The notes under the pieces are model-generated. The model was not told the DNA's origin and did no database searches. It saw nothing but the letters and a program-made list of their open reading frames with translations. A stretch of DNA of 64,000 bases. Origin: Macrostomum lignano. Lineage: Eukaryota. Location of the stretch: assembly GCA_002269645.1 (NCBI GenBank), contig NIVC01000486.1:248001-312000 (forward strand), read 5' to 3'. Both the position numbers and the translations under genes were made by a program. Below, piece after piece: positions 1 to 12,756 of the stretch. Each line of letters starts with the position of its first letter. Within the stretch, counting starts at the first letter, position 1.

Positions 1-51
1 TCTTGAAACATTATACTGTTACATTTCTACCTGTTCCTCACTGTTTGCCAG

Positions 52-541
52 CGGCAACGAGTACCGCGTGCTGCAGCTGAACACTACCATAGTGCAGCCG
101 ACATCCAATCGGATTGCTGCAGCTGTCATCGTTGCCGCGGTTGTCGCCGTGCTGGCCGCTGTCGCAGCTGTGGCGCTGCGGTGCTACCATCGCCAGCGCA
201 GGCAGCGCTGGGTGCCCCGCGCGGCTTCAGATAGATATCCCAGCCTGATGGGGCTGGACCAGCAGCTGCAGCACCTACGGCCGAACGGCGAGGAAGAAGC
301 GGCTACGGCTACGACGCCTCTTAGCGCCGGCACCGACAGTCGGCATGTCGACGGGACCGGCAACGGCGACGCTTGTCAGTTTGGTGAGTGGCGTCTGAAC
401 TATTTGGATTCTATTTGCGCTTGTGCTACTGTTAGTAGCTTAACTGAGCATGCAATGCGATGGGCGCCGATTTCAGAGATCAACGAGGACTACAACTATG
501 CACAGGGCAGCAACGGCTACTCGCCACGGTCTGAGTGCTAA
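52..541 (+). CDS. 3' end of a single-pass (type I) membrane protein gene; exons 52-383 and 477-541
   Basis: Acceptor tttgccag ends at 51. The frame gives GNEYRVLQLNTT, then hydrophobic IAAAVIVAAVVAVLAAVAAVAL followed by basic RCYHRQRRQR. Donor G|GTGAGT at 384 and acceptor tttcag at 476 define a 93-nt in-frame intron. Stop TAA at 539-541. Family not recognised. Confidence 0.6.
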
Positions 542-594
542 TTGTCACTAAATATGATTCTGATATGATCAATTTGTGTTCTATTTAAACTGGC

Positions 595-2803
595 GAGCTA
601 GTAGAGAGCTAGTGGAAAGCTAGTGGAGAGCTGGTGGAGAGCTAATGGAAAGCTAGTGGAGAGCTAGTGGAGAGCTAGTGGAAAGCTAGTGGAGAGCTAG
701 TGGAGAGCTAGTGGAGAGCTAGTGGAGAGCTGGTGGAGAGCTAGTGGAGAGCTAGTGGAGAGCTAATGGAGAGCTAATGGAGAGCTAGTGGAGAGCTAGT
801 GGAGAGCTGGTGGAGAGCTAATGGAGAGCTAGTGGAGAGCTAATGGAGAGCTAGTGGAGAGCTGGTGGAGAGCTAATGGAGAGCTAGTAGAGAGCTAATG
901 GAGAGCTAGTGGAGAGCTAGTGGAGAGCTAGTGGAGAGCTAGTAGAGAGCTAATGGAGAGCTGGTGGAGAGCTAGTGGAGAGCTGGTGGAGAGCTAGTGC
1001 AGAGCTAGTAGAGAGCTAGTGGAGAGCTAGTGGAGAGCTAGTGGAGAGCTAGTGGAGAGCTAGTGGAGAGCTAGTAGAGAGCTAATGGAGAGCTGGTGGA
1101 GAGCTAGTGGAGAGCTAATGGAGAGCTAATGGAGAGCTAGTAGAGAGCTAGTGGAGAGCTAGTGGAGAGCTAGTGGAGAGCTAGTGGAGAGCTAATGGAG
1201 AGCTAGTAGAGAGCTAATGGAGAGCTAGTGGAGAGCTAGTAGAGAGCTAGTGGAGAGCTAGTGGAGAGCTAGTGGAGAGCTAGTGGAGAGCTAGTGCAGA
1301 GCTAGTAGAGAGCTAGTGGAGAGCTAGTAGAGAGCTAGTGGAGAGCTAGTAGAGAGCTAGTGGAGAGCTAGTGGAGAGCTAGTGGAGAGCTAATGGAGAG
1401 CTAGTAGAGAGCTAATGGAGAGCTAGTGGAGAGCTAGTAGAGAGCTAGTGGAGAGCTAATGGAGAGCTAGTAGAGAGCTAGTAGAGAGCTAGTGGAGAGC
1501 TAGTGGAGAGCTAGTGGAGAGCTAGTGGAGAGCTAGTGGAGAGCTAATGGAGAGCTAGTAGAGAGCTAGTAGAGAGCTAGTGGAGAGCTAGTGGAGAGCT
1601 AGTAGAGAGCTAGTGGAGAGCTAATGGAGAGCTAGTAGAGAGCTAGTAGAGAGCTAGTGGAGAGCTAGTAGAGAGCTAGTGGAGAGCTAGTAGAGAGCTA
1701 GTGGAGAGCTAGTGGAGAGCTAGTGGAGAGCTAGTGGAGAGCTAGTGGAGAGCTAGTGGAGAGCTAGTGGAGAGCTAGTGGAGAGCTAGTGGAGAGCTAG
1801 TGGAGAGCTAGTAGAGAGCTAGTGGAGAGCTAGTGGAGAGCTAGTAGAGAGCTAGTGGAGAGCTAGTGGAGAGCTAGTGGAGAGCTAGTGGAGAGCTAGT
1901 GGAGAGCTAGTGGAGAGCTAGTGGAGAGCTAGTGGAGAGCTAGTGGAGAGCTAGTGGAGAGCTAGTGGAGAGCTAGTGGAGAGCTAGTGGAGAGCTAGTG
2001 GAGAGCTAGTGGAGAGCTAGTGGAGAGCTAGTGGAGAGCTAGTGGAGAGCTAGTGGAGAGCTAGTAGAGAGCTAGTGGAGAGCTAGTGGAGAGCTAGTGG
2101 AGAGCTAGTGGAGAGCTAGTGGAGAGCTAGTGGAGAGCTAGTGGAGAGCTAGTGGAGAGCTAGTGGAGAGCTAGTGGAGAGCTAGTGGAGAGCTAGTGGA
2201 GAGCTAGTGGAGAGCTAGTGGAGAGCTAGTGGAGAGCTAGTGGAGAGCTAGTGGAGAGCTAGTGGAGAGCTAATGGAGAGCTAGTAGAGAGCTAGTGGAG
2301 AGCTAGTGGAGAGCTAGTGGAGAGCTAGTAGAGAGCTAGTGGAGAGCTAGTGGAGAGCTAGTGGAGAGCTAGTGGAGAGCTAGTGGAGAGCTAGTGGAGA
2401 GCTAGTGGAGAGCTAGTAGAGAGCTAGTGGAGAGCTAGTAGAGAGCTAATGGAGAGCTAGTAGAGAGCTAGTAGAGAGCTAGTGGAGAGCTAGTAGAGAG
2501 CTAGTGGAGAGCTAGTGGAGAGCTAGTGGAGAGCTAGTAGAGAGCTAGTGGAGAGCTAGTGGAGAGCTAGTGGAGAGCTAGTGGAGAGCTAGTGGAGAGC
2601 TAGTGGAGAGCTAGTAGAGAGCTAGTGGAGAGCTAGTGGAGAGCTAGTAGAGAGCTAGTGGAGAGCTAGTGGAGAGCTAGTGGAGAGCTAGTGGAGAGCT
2701 AGTGGAGAGCTAGTGGAGAGCTAGTAGAGAGCTAGTGGAGAGCTAGTGGAGAGCTAGTAGAGAGCTAGTGGAGAGCTAGTGGAGAGCTAGTAGAGAGCTA
2801 GTG
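595..2803. repeat. 11-bp minisatellite (GGAGAGCTAGT)n, about 200 copies
   Basis: Read directly; variants GGAGAGCTAAT, AGAGAGCTAGT and GGAGAGCTGGT. Confidence 0.98.
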
Positions 2804-3467
2804 GATTGCTTAACTCATTGGAACACAAAAATCATTAATAAAAATTTTAATCAGTCTTCCAAGTCATTCGTTGCATTCGTTCTCAATACTCGTAAAACAC
2901 AATTATCGTATTTATTTAAGGTATGTACTCTTTTTGCTCACTATCCTACTGCTTATCTAGGCTTAAGTAGTGCTTCCAGCGTTTTTACAGAAATCTTCGC
3001 ATTCAATGCCAAAACCTTGTCGCGAATTAAATTCAATTCCGTCCATTTTCTATGAAAATGTCGCCACTTTGACTTGCAGCTGAGTTTGTCAACGAGTTTT
3101 GCCAAGTTATATTACATCTATATACATACTACCGATATTTTACATATATTTCTACCCTTGCATTTTCAATTTTTTATCACTGAAACCAATCTCAACATGT
3201 TAATAGACGAATCTTTTTATTTTAAATTTGTGCCACGTTTTTATATTTGTTTTATCGCCACTATTGCAGCCGTTTACAGAGAAAAATACACACATCTTTG
3301 CGTATCATTCAATACTTCGAATTGTTGCCATATTCAGTAATTGAGAGTGCCGTGTCCAACTATTTCTAAAACTGCCTTAACAGAAAATAATTTACTTGTA
3401 CATAAAATGAAATGCAAGCTCTGTTGAAACTCTACCACTGTCTGTGTGCCCATCTTAAGCCTTGCTA

Positions 3468-3720
3468 TTCACTCTTCCGCCCCGTATCCCGCTCTTCCGC
3501 CCCTATCCTCCTCTTCCGCCCCCTATTCTACTCTTTCGCCGTCCTATCTCGCTCTTCCGCCCCCCATGCCACTCTTCCGCCCCCATCCCACTCCTCAGTC
3601 CCCCATGCCACTCTTCCGCCCCCATCCCACTCCTCAGCCCCCCATGCCACTCTTCCATCCCCATCCCACTCCTCCGCCCCCTATGCCACTCTTCCGCCCC
3701 CATCCCACTCTTCCGCCCTG
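3468..3720. repeat. C-rich tandem repeat, period about 39 bp
   Basis: cccccatgccactcttccgcccccatcccactcctcag recurs at 3561 and 3600; it explains the Pro-rich ORFs. Confidence 0.85.
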
Positions 3721-4141
3721 CTTTACCACTCTTCTGCCATTCTGTTCCACGACTCACATTCAGTGTTCCATAGTCCCAAAGAGGCTGCCAAATTCTTCTC
3801 AGCTGAAATGCTCATAAACAGTATTTAACATCCGCTGCACACGCATTAACAATGCAAGCAAAGCTGCATATTCAACGCTTGGCTTCAAGCGTAGCATCAA
3901 GAGTTTTATTTTTTAGCCGGGATTGCAATGTGATTCTCGTATGACCTCACTGGCTGCAGCGCCACAGCTGCTCTCATGCGATTTCCCATGAGAATTTCCC
4001 CAGTTGGGAAACCCGGTTAAACTATAATTGTTGGGAATTCGAATGAGGAAATTATTCTATTCTTTTTCTGGCGGAGCCTTTGGGAAAATGCGACCGGACT
4101 GTCAAAGAGCATGATGAGACCATGATTGCAGTGCGGAGTAG

Positions 4142-4303
<162 letters not shown>

Positions 4304-4684
4304 ATAGCACAGATATACGGATACAGATTTCAATGAGCCCAGTGAATTGCATTCTGGGAAACTGTCAACCCAGCAGCTATGCTGGTACGATTTTAATATT
4401 GCAATTGCAATTATTCTCGAGAGTAACAGGCGGAGCAGAGGACACAGAGCTAACTGAACTGGCCATGGGGAGGAAAGTGAGACTGGGAACACTGCATCTC
4501 TGCGCCGTTTTCCCATGCACCAATGGCACCCGGCTCTCCCCGCCCTGCCGTGTTGCCAACAAAGAGTAAAACGCATGCAAGCCTGCTTGAGCCGTCTACT
4601 GTGATACTGCAATACCAAACTACCGACCTACCAAACTACCAAACTACCAAACTATCAATCTACCACCCTAACCTACCCTTCGGC

Positions 4685-5064
4685 ATGCCGTTGGCATCGC
4701 AGGCCCGCGCAATCTGGTCCGCCATGGTCCGCCGCAAGGTGATGGACCGGGACCTGATGGCCACCCCGCTGCAGCGCTGCCTGACCACCTTGGACCTGGT
4801 GCTGCTGGGCATCGGCAACATGTGCGGCGCTGGAATCTACGTCCTCACCGGCACTGTGGTGCGGCACAAGGCCGGCCCGGCCACCTTCCTGTCCTACCTG
4901 ATCGCTGGTGTCACCGCCTTCCTCAACGGGCTGTGCTACGCTGAGCTGGGCGCCCGGGTGCCCAAGGCTGGCAGCGCCTACAGCTACACCTACATTGCTG
5001 CCGGGGAGTTCCTAGGTGAGTTGGTTAGTTCATTAGTAAGTTAGTCTGTTAGTTAGTTAGTTAT

Positions 5065-5132
<68 letters not shown>

Positions 5133-5150
5133 CTAGATAGTTAGTTAGTC

Positions 5151-5213
<63 letters not shown>

Positions 5214-8200
5214 AGTTTGTACAGTAATGTCGGACAACTTTAGGCTAAATTTATTCAGCCTCTTTAGGTCTGTTTACAGGAGAGACCGGCTATGTCAAAA
5301 TATACATGTACAAGTTGTAAAGTTGTGGATTCGAACCTGCGTCCTACCGCACTCTCTGTCTCTCTCTGCTGCCAGGCTTCGTGATCGGCTGGAGCATCAT
5401 TCTCGAGTACGTGCTGTCCGCGGCCAGCATCGCCCGTGGCTTCAGCGGCACGGTGAACGCCCTGTCAGGCGGCCGGTTGGCCAACTGGAGCGTCGAGCAC
5501 GTCGGCACCTTCTACACCCCGCAGCCCAACACCACGGCCGGGGACTACATGATCTCACACTACCCGGATCTGCTCTCCTTCGGCGCCGTGCTCCTCGTCG
5601 GCCTCCTGCTGTGCCTTGGCGCCAGCACGTCGAAGCATTTCAACACGCTGACCACTTCCATCAACCTGGTCGTGCTGGCCTTCACCACCTGCGTGTTGCT
5701 GCACTTTGCGCAGCTCAGCAACTGGACAGGCGAGTCATTTCTGCCCTTCCAGTTCACCGGCGTGCTGTCGGGCGCCGCCACCTGCTTCTACGCCTTCATC
5801 GGCTTCGACGCCATCAGCGTCTCCACCGAGGAGGCCCTGACGCCGCAGAAGTCGCTGCCGATTGCCACAGGCGTGTCGGTGACAGTGGTGACCGTCTTGG
5901 TGGTGCTGGCCAGCGCCGCCATCACGCTGTTCGAGCCCTGGCATCAGATTGACACCCAGGCGGCCTTCACAGCCGCTTTGGGGGCCCGCCATCTGCACTG
6001 GGCACAGATTATTACAGGTAGAACTGCTCAGTGAGATTACAGATTACAGATTAGTATAGGAAAAACTGCTCATTAGGATTACAGATGATTACAGGTAGAA
6101 CTGCTCATTGGGATTACAGATGATTACAGGTAGAACTGCTCATTGGGATTACAGATGATTACAGGTAGAGCTGCTCATTGGGATTACAGATGATGCAGGT
6201 ACAACTGCTCATTGGGATTACAGATGATTACAGGTAGAACTGCTCAATGAAATCCCTCCGCTCCCTCAGGCGTGGGCTCCATCGCGGGCATTGTGGCCTC
6301 ACTGTACTGCAACAACTACGCCATGCCCCGCGTCATCTACGCCATGGCCTCGGACGGCTTGATCTTCCGTCAGCTGGCCTACGTGTGGCCTCGAACCCGG
6401 GCCCCAGTCGTCGCCATCGCTTCGGCGAGCCTCCTGGCTGCCGTGTTGGCTCTGATTCTTGACATCGAAGCTCTGGCCGACTTCCTGTCCATTGGCACTT
6501 TGGTGGCTTATACCATCGTCTCCTGCAATGTTGTGGTGCTGCGCTACTGGCGACCAACCACTGTCGACGGCCCGTCGATGCAGGACGGCACGACAGCCGA
6601 CGTGACGTCGGATGGAGATGATTCGGTCGGAGCGTTGAAGCCTCGCTTCGCCTCGTTTCCCGTGCTGAAGTCGCTGGCGCCGGGCCAGGGGCCGCTGCTA
6701 GGATTAGCGGTGAGGCGCTGGGGTCTCGGGTACTGATTTGCAGTAGAGAGAGAGAGCTGAGTTAGGTCAGGTTAGGTCAGGTGAGGTCAGGTCAGGTCAG
6801 GTTAGGTCAGGTCAGGTTAGGTTAGGTTAGGTCAGGTCAGGTCAGGTCAGGTCAGGTCAGGTCAGGTCAGGTCAGGTCAGGTCAGGTCAGGTCAGGTCAG
6901 GTCAGGTCAGGTCAGGTCAGGTCAGGTCAGGTCAGGTCAGGTCAGGTCAGGTCAGGTCAGGTCAGGTCGGGTGAGGTCGGGTTAGGTCAGGTCAGTTCAG
7001 GTCAGGTTAGGTCAGGTCAGGTCAGGTCAGGTCAGGTCAGGTCAGGTCAGGTGAGCAGGTGAACCCAAAAAGCCAGCTGATGCTCCGCTGTCTGCCCAGG
7101 TGCTGGTGACCGGCGTGATCTCCGCTTGCCTTGTTGCCAACCTCGCAACGGATCAGCTGATCGAAGCCAACTGGTGGGCGGTGTTGCTGCAGCTGCTGTT
7201 CACTCTGCAGGCCGCCGCGGGCTGCCTGGTGATCATGGCGCATCAGCAGGACCCACTGATTGACACCTTCCGGGCGCCTGGGGTTCCCGTGCTGCCCTGC
7301 GTGGTGATCGCGCTGAACGTGACGCTCATCATGAAACTGCAGGTGCAAATGGCTAACATCGGTCGCGTTTAGCAGATTGGAGTGACTCTGCTGCAGCCTA
7401 TTCTATTCCATTCCTATTCACCCTCTCTAAACCCTCTTTTACACCCTCTTCTACACACTCTTCTACACTCTCTTCTACACTCTCTTCTACACCCTCTTCT
7501 ACACCCTCTTCTACACCCTTCTCTACACCCTCTTCTACACCCTCTTCTACACTCTCTTCTATCCCTCTTCTACATTCTCTTCTACACCCTCTTCTACACC
7601 CTCTTCTACACCCTTCTCTATACCCTCTTCTACACCCTCGTCTACACTCTCTTCTACACCCTCTTCTACAATCTCTTCTACACCCTCTTCTACACTCTCT
7701 TCTACACCCTCTTCTACATTCTCTTCTACACCCTCTTCTACACCCTCTTCTACACCCTTCTCTATACCCTCTTCTACACCCTCGTCTACACTCTCTTCTA
7801 CACCCTCTTCTACAATCTCTTCTACACCCTCTTCTACACCCTCTTCTACACCCTCTTCTACACCCTCTTCTACACCCTCTTCTACACCCTCTTCTACACT
7901 CTCGTCTACACTCTCTTCTACACCCTCTTCTACAATCTCTTTCACACCTTCTTTTACACCCTCTTCTACACCCTCTTCTACACCCTCTTCTACAGTCTCT
8001 TCTATACCCTCTTCTACACTCTCTTTCACACCTTCTTTTACACCCTTTTCTACACCCTCTTCTACACCCTCTTCTACAGTCTCTTCTACACCCTCTTCTA
8101 CACCCTCCGTCCCGGCTTCAACCGGTCTCTTCCTCGCCACCTGCAGGTGCTCACCTGGATTCGGTTCTTCGTCTGGCTGGCCGTCGGCCTCCTGGTGTAC

Positions 8201-8377
8201 TTCGGCTACGGCATATCGCACAGCAGACAGAGCGTAGCCCTCGCCGCCACGGAAGCCACGCCGCTGACGGCGGACCTGAACTACAAGAAGCTGGTCGAGG
8301 CCGAGTCCGCCATGGGCGACTCCGTCAACGAGTCCAAAGCCAGCCTGACTGACGCCACGAATAATGAGCAGAAATGA
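4685..8377 (+). CDS. Cationic amino-acid transporter (SLC7/CAT subfamily, APC superfamily), 628 aa; exons 4685-5015, 5376-6017, 6270-6709, 7100-7342, 8147-8377
   Basis: CAT motifs LQRCLTTLDLVLLGIGNMCGAGIYVLTG, CYAELGARVPKAGSAYSY, FYAFIGFDAI, MPRVIYAMASDGL, FRAPGVPVLP and TWIRFFVWLAVGLLVYFGYG. All four introns are GT-AG with matching phases. Exons sum to 1887 nt (629 codons). Confidence 0.93.
5041..5212. repeat. (TTAG)n microsatellite in SLC7 intron 1
   Basis: Read directly. Confidence 0.95.
6035..6247. repeat. 35-bp tandem repeat containing copies of the SLC7 intron 2 donor
   Basis: Unit gatgattacaggtagaactgctcattgggattaca matches the exon 2 end and donor attacag|gtagaactgctca. Confidence 0.9.
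6760..7052. repeat. (GTCAG)n pentamer repeat in SLC7 intron 3
   Basis: Read directly; variants GTTAG and GTGAG. Confidence 0.95.
7435..8105. repeat. 12-bp repeat (CTCTTCTACACC)n in SLC7 intron 4
   Basis: Read directly; source of the spurious LFYT and GVEE ORFs. Confidence 0.95.
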
Positions 8378-9389
8378 TTATAGAAAATCAACAAATGCAT
8401 AATATTAGCAACTACTTGAAGTAGGACAATAAAGAAACGTACATTCTATTTTATCTTCGTATCAGAAATTCATACCTTGATAAAGTCAGCCAATATATTA
8501 GCTATCAGATTGTTGTTCGATTATACAAGACGTCATGCGTAAAGCGATCTCGGAATGCATTTTGGTTAATTCGAAGGCTGTAGGATGGCGCCCACAGTTC
8601 CTAGAATAACTAGATGGGCCACTCAGAAAATTTGCGTGTAAGCTACTTTCAGTTCAGTAGTAAGTTAAACTGAAGCATTTTAATGTATTTTTAAAGCAAG
8701 GCTTTTTATTGGCTCTGACCCCCCCCGCTTAAACCCTCCACAACTGCGCCTTCCACACTACCCCTTTCGCCCCAATTATTATTGCCTTCCTCGGAATTCC
8801 AGCCTAAAGCTGCCATGTACATTTCAGTGGACAGGCTAATGTACATTATGGCTGAACCAATTATCAAGTCGTTTATGCAAGCTTGGGCTTCTAAACTTAT
8901 CAAAGTCATCTCAGCTGCCTGTATTTTATAAAATAGCTTATGTATTCTTCTTTGCTACTGAAGGCAGAAAGCTGTTTTCCTAAGTATATATGCCTGAGTG
9001 GCCTATCTAGTCATTCTAGTATCTGTGTGGGATGCTAGTTCGTTCGTATTTGATGTGACTGGTCGCGTAGATTAAGTCGACAGGAAATGGTTTACGAAGG
9101 ATAATTCGAGCTGGTTGCTGGCAATCGGTTGATTCAGTCAGCAAAACCGGTAGAACAAAGCGCTTTGAATCAGCAACCGGGTTACTGGAAAATAAGAGAC
9201 AGATAGAAAAGTGAAACAGGCAGATAGGAAGGTAAAAGAGACAGATAGAAAAGTGAAACAGGCAGATAGGAAGGTAAAAGGTTCAAACAATGTCAAACAA
9301 TGTAAAGCAGCTGCAGGCATTGATATCAGAGCAGCCTATTACTGAGTGGCGAGTTTGATCACTGAAGTTCGCTGACCTTTTGACCTCGA

Positions 9390-12080
9390 TTCACCCACTA
9401 AAAGCCCAGCCCTTCGGCTCTGAGAAAACAAGGTGTTGCTGGGAATTTCCGATCTCTGCTACCTCCGGATGGCTGGCATTTCGTGAATCCCCGATGTGAG
9501 CCAGAGGACCAAACGTCTTCCATGACGAGCAGCCTGGCAGGTAGTTGACCGTTGACTTGAGAATTGTCTGCAATGGAAAACAGGGGAGATTTCAAAATTT
9601 CTAGGGCAACAACAACAGCTCATAAAGGGTCACGTACATGTAGCCCCGGTGCCAGGGGCCCTGCATCGTGAGCAGCAGAACGTCCTGTGCAGAGGTTGAG
9701 GACAGTCCAGTTGAAGTCTTCGCCTGCGGAGGGTATCGCTAGGTGGTCGCAGCCCTGCGCGCTGGTAGAGGGCTGCGTTGGAGCCTGCATCAGGGTAGCT
9801 GATGGTGAAGGCGCCCGCAATGTTTCTATATTCCCTTCTACGGACAACTTCGGAGTATTCACCCGAGTGCATCAGACCGTTCTCCGTTCTTAGTGAACCC
9901 TCCGTCACCCGGACCCGCACGGGTCAGCTGCAAATAAAAGGATTGCTCCAAAAATTATTAGACAAAGTCTACGTTTTCAATTACTTACTTCAGTTCTTGT
10001 CCCGAGTAGAGAGTTTGTTATTGAGTCCGAAGTTGCATCAATGCCTATTCATTCATTGAACGAACTCTGTTGCCTGACCTCTGTAGAGCTTGACCGATTA
10101 AAGGGTCAGAATGAAGGCCCGGAGTTGCGTTGAATCGGTTGTTTAACGTCCGGCCCTTCGACGTGACTGAGCGGTAGCAGCCTCGATCCACGATGTTGTA
10201 TGCATTTTTTCGATTTTTTTTCGATTACACCTGCTCTAATGAGCAGATGTGCAACCGATAGCTCAGCCGCAGCTATTGCGCGGCGCATTTGAAAGCTGCG
10301 TACGTCTGTTCAGTCCAAGGACTGGGGGGTCGCCACACACAGCCTCAATTACCCCAGCTAATGCTGGCACCCATTTTACAGCTGGGTGAACTGAAGCAAT
10401 GCAGAGTTAAGTGTCCTGCTCAAGGACACAATTTTTTCCAAGTGGGTCGAGAATCGAACCCCCGACCTTTCAGTTGTGAGTCCGACGCTCTGACCACTAG
10501 GCTACACCCCTTCACTAGGCTACAATGTTCCAATTTCTCAAACAGTGCTCCTTGAACATCAGCTTCCACCTACTGCCGGAAACAATTCCTATTTGATGTC
10601 AACTGGTGCGTCAGCACTTCATCAACAGGTACGCAACAGATTTGACTGCAATGCTCCTTTCGTTTGGCCAGGAAGAAAACGCTCAGCGCTTCAAACTCTA
10701 AATTTCCGGAGTTCTTTGCCATATGTGCCTTACTTTTATAATAGTGGGGTTGTTAATATTCGTATATTTAGATTTCCTTCACAGCGGAATTACCAGAGCT
10801 TCGGCTGCATTGCTTTGCTCTACTTCGAGTGATAGAGTGATGGGCACTGTCGGGATTGTGTGCACCAACATTGATGACATACTGGTTGACCAGTCAAGTA
10901 GATGTGTTTATTTGCATTTATTGACTTTGATTTAGCAACAAGCCTGCTGGGCGTCGAGCTGATTGATCAACTGAGTTCTAATGAGTTGTAGAATATGCTA
11001 CAGTGCTGATATTGTAGTGTATATAGCTTGAGTAGCTGATTGAGATCGATTCTAACTTGTATTTTAGCTTTTTTGTCGGTTTGTACCTTGTTTGGGCAAA
11101 TAATGTGCATGGCAATCCTTACCACGCAAAACTTGCTGAAGTACGAGACAAAAGCTCGTAGACAAAAGCAGATTCGGAAGACCCAGCAGTTGTGATAGAG
11201 TAACATCATCGACCGGTGAGGATCTGAGGCTTAGAGTTCGTATGAAATGATTGAGATGATTGAGTTCGTAAATGAAAAGAATTACTATATAAAGAACAAT
11301 AAAAACTAAAATGTATCTAAATGAGCATATGCACGTACACTCTGAGCGTGATTCACAATTTCTACATGAGTCTAACATATGATTAATTTAAACTTTCAGA
11401 TTTATTACATACTTATTCACATTAGCTAGATTGTACGGAGTGGCCATAAGTCTTATATGATTACAAGGCAGATCTATTGAGTAGCAGAATGGACTTCTCG
11501 GAGTTGAGTACCAATTTATTTAGCTATTGCTTTAAAAGCGGCTCGTGATTCAACTCTGTGTCGATATCATCTTCAATCTGAAGAAAAATTTGTACGAAAT
11601 CATGTAAACGTACAAGTAAAAAGTTAAGTCCCTATGTAAAAGAGTACTTTCTTTAGATTTACATCCAGGGACTCCTCAATATCTATAGTTATTGTTATAT
11701 TGCTATTGTTTTTTATAGTTATTGAGTAGTCCCTGTTTATATCATCATAATTAATTGTAATAATTGACCATAACAGTTTTTTATTACAGAAAGTCGCAAA
11801 AAGATTGTAAAATTTTACGGCCGTTGCTTTGTTGCTGAAAATAACAAAATAATATGTTTAGTACTTTTGTTCGACAGTTGTTGTTCTCTTGCAGCACAAT
11901 TAAATAAGGCCTAACTTTTATAATAAATTTTAAGCGCGTTTAAATCATCATATTAAGTTTCGCGAAGAAAGATTTTTGTAATTTTAAAAAATCACATCGA
12001 TTTCCACTGAGAACCTCACTGAGATCACTTGCCTGGTTTGAACGATTCATTTGTTCATTCCAGTCCTTACGCAGTTGCTC
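9390..12080 (-). pseudogene. Possible decayed multi-exon gene or spliced non-coding transcript, head-to-head with the nicotinamidase gene
   Basis: Minus-strand acceptors (ttcttcag 11578, cctcag 11224, ttttatttgcag about 9929, ttccattgcag about 9568) and donors (GTAAGG 11122 and 10733, GTACGT about 9636) flank segments with protein-like but stop-interrupted frames (IEDDIDTELNHEPLLKQ*LNKLVLNSEK; ILTGR*CYSITTAGSSESAFVYELLSRT). No family confidently recognised. Confidence 0.25.
10203..10510 (-). mobile_element. tRNA-headed SINE, family 1 (CORE-like central domain), near full length
   Basis: Minus strand reads A-box TAGCCTAGTGG, B-box GGTTCGATTC, then TGTGTCCTTGAGCAGGACACTTAACTCTGCATTGCTTCAGTTCACCCAGCTGTAAAATGGG, then an A-rich tail. 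Homologous copies at 17561 and 30185. Confidence 0.85.
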
Positions 12081-12083
12081 TTT

Positions 12084-12122
<39 letters not shown>

Positions 12123-12419
12123 TTCTCTGATTGCTCTGATTGGTTTTGAGTCATTTTGCGATTCGTGCATATGGTTGTAATATTTTAGAGATTTTTCGAA
12201 GAAGCAGTTTTTTAGTTAATGACTTCGACACAAAATATTTATAAATTTATCTATAATTTTTTTAAGTTCTAACAGCGTATATACATATAATTGAGCTAGG
12301 TAACGATAATATCTATATACTATGTACTATATATGTAAAATTAAAATTAAAATTTTGTATTTTTGCTTACAATTATTGGTTTCCACCAAACAAATAGAAA
12401 TTGTAATAATTTTTCAGCC

Positions 12420-12711
12420 ATGACTGAAGCCAGACAATTGCTTTCGCGGCTTCCTGGCAAGGAAATTTCCAGCTTGGATGTGGATAATTTATTCAAATGC
12501 TTCGATGCAAACAGGTGAACGGTTTATAGCTGTTTTCTGAGTTGTAAATAACGTTCTTCGTAAATTTTATTAACACCTGTTCTACACATTCCCTCAGAGA
12601 CGACGCACTCGACAAAAAGGAGTTGCGGCAGTTGCTAAGCCACCTGGCAACGTCTGGTTCAGTCTCGGACTCGCACCTGACTCGGCTGCATTCCTTCCTG
12701 GACGTTGACAA

Positions 12712-12756
<45 letters not shown>

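Noticed and set aside
5041-5212. Interstitial telomeric repeat
   Set aside because: The unit is TTAG, not TTAGG or TTAGGG.
6018-6269. Intron gain by tandem duplication of an exonic AGGT site
   Set aside because: That model predicts the downstream exon start should resemble the intron start; gcgtgggctcc does not match gtagaactgct.
7382-8377. 331-aa LFYT-repeat and 220-aa GVEE-repeat ORFs
   Set aside because: They are translations of the intron 4 12-bp array; only 8147-8377 is the real SLC7 exon.
10430-10510. tRNA-Val gene on the minus strand
   Set aside because: A and B boxes are present, but the acceptor and T stems do not pair and the sequence continues into a dispersed SINE body.
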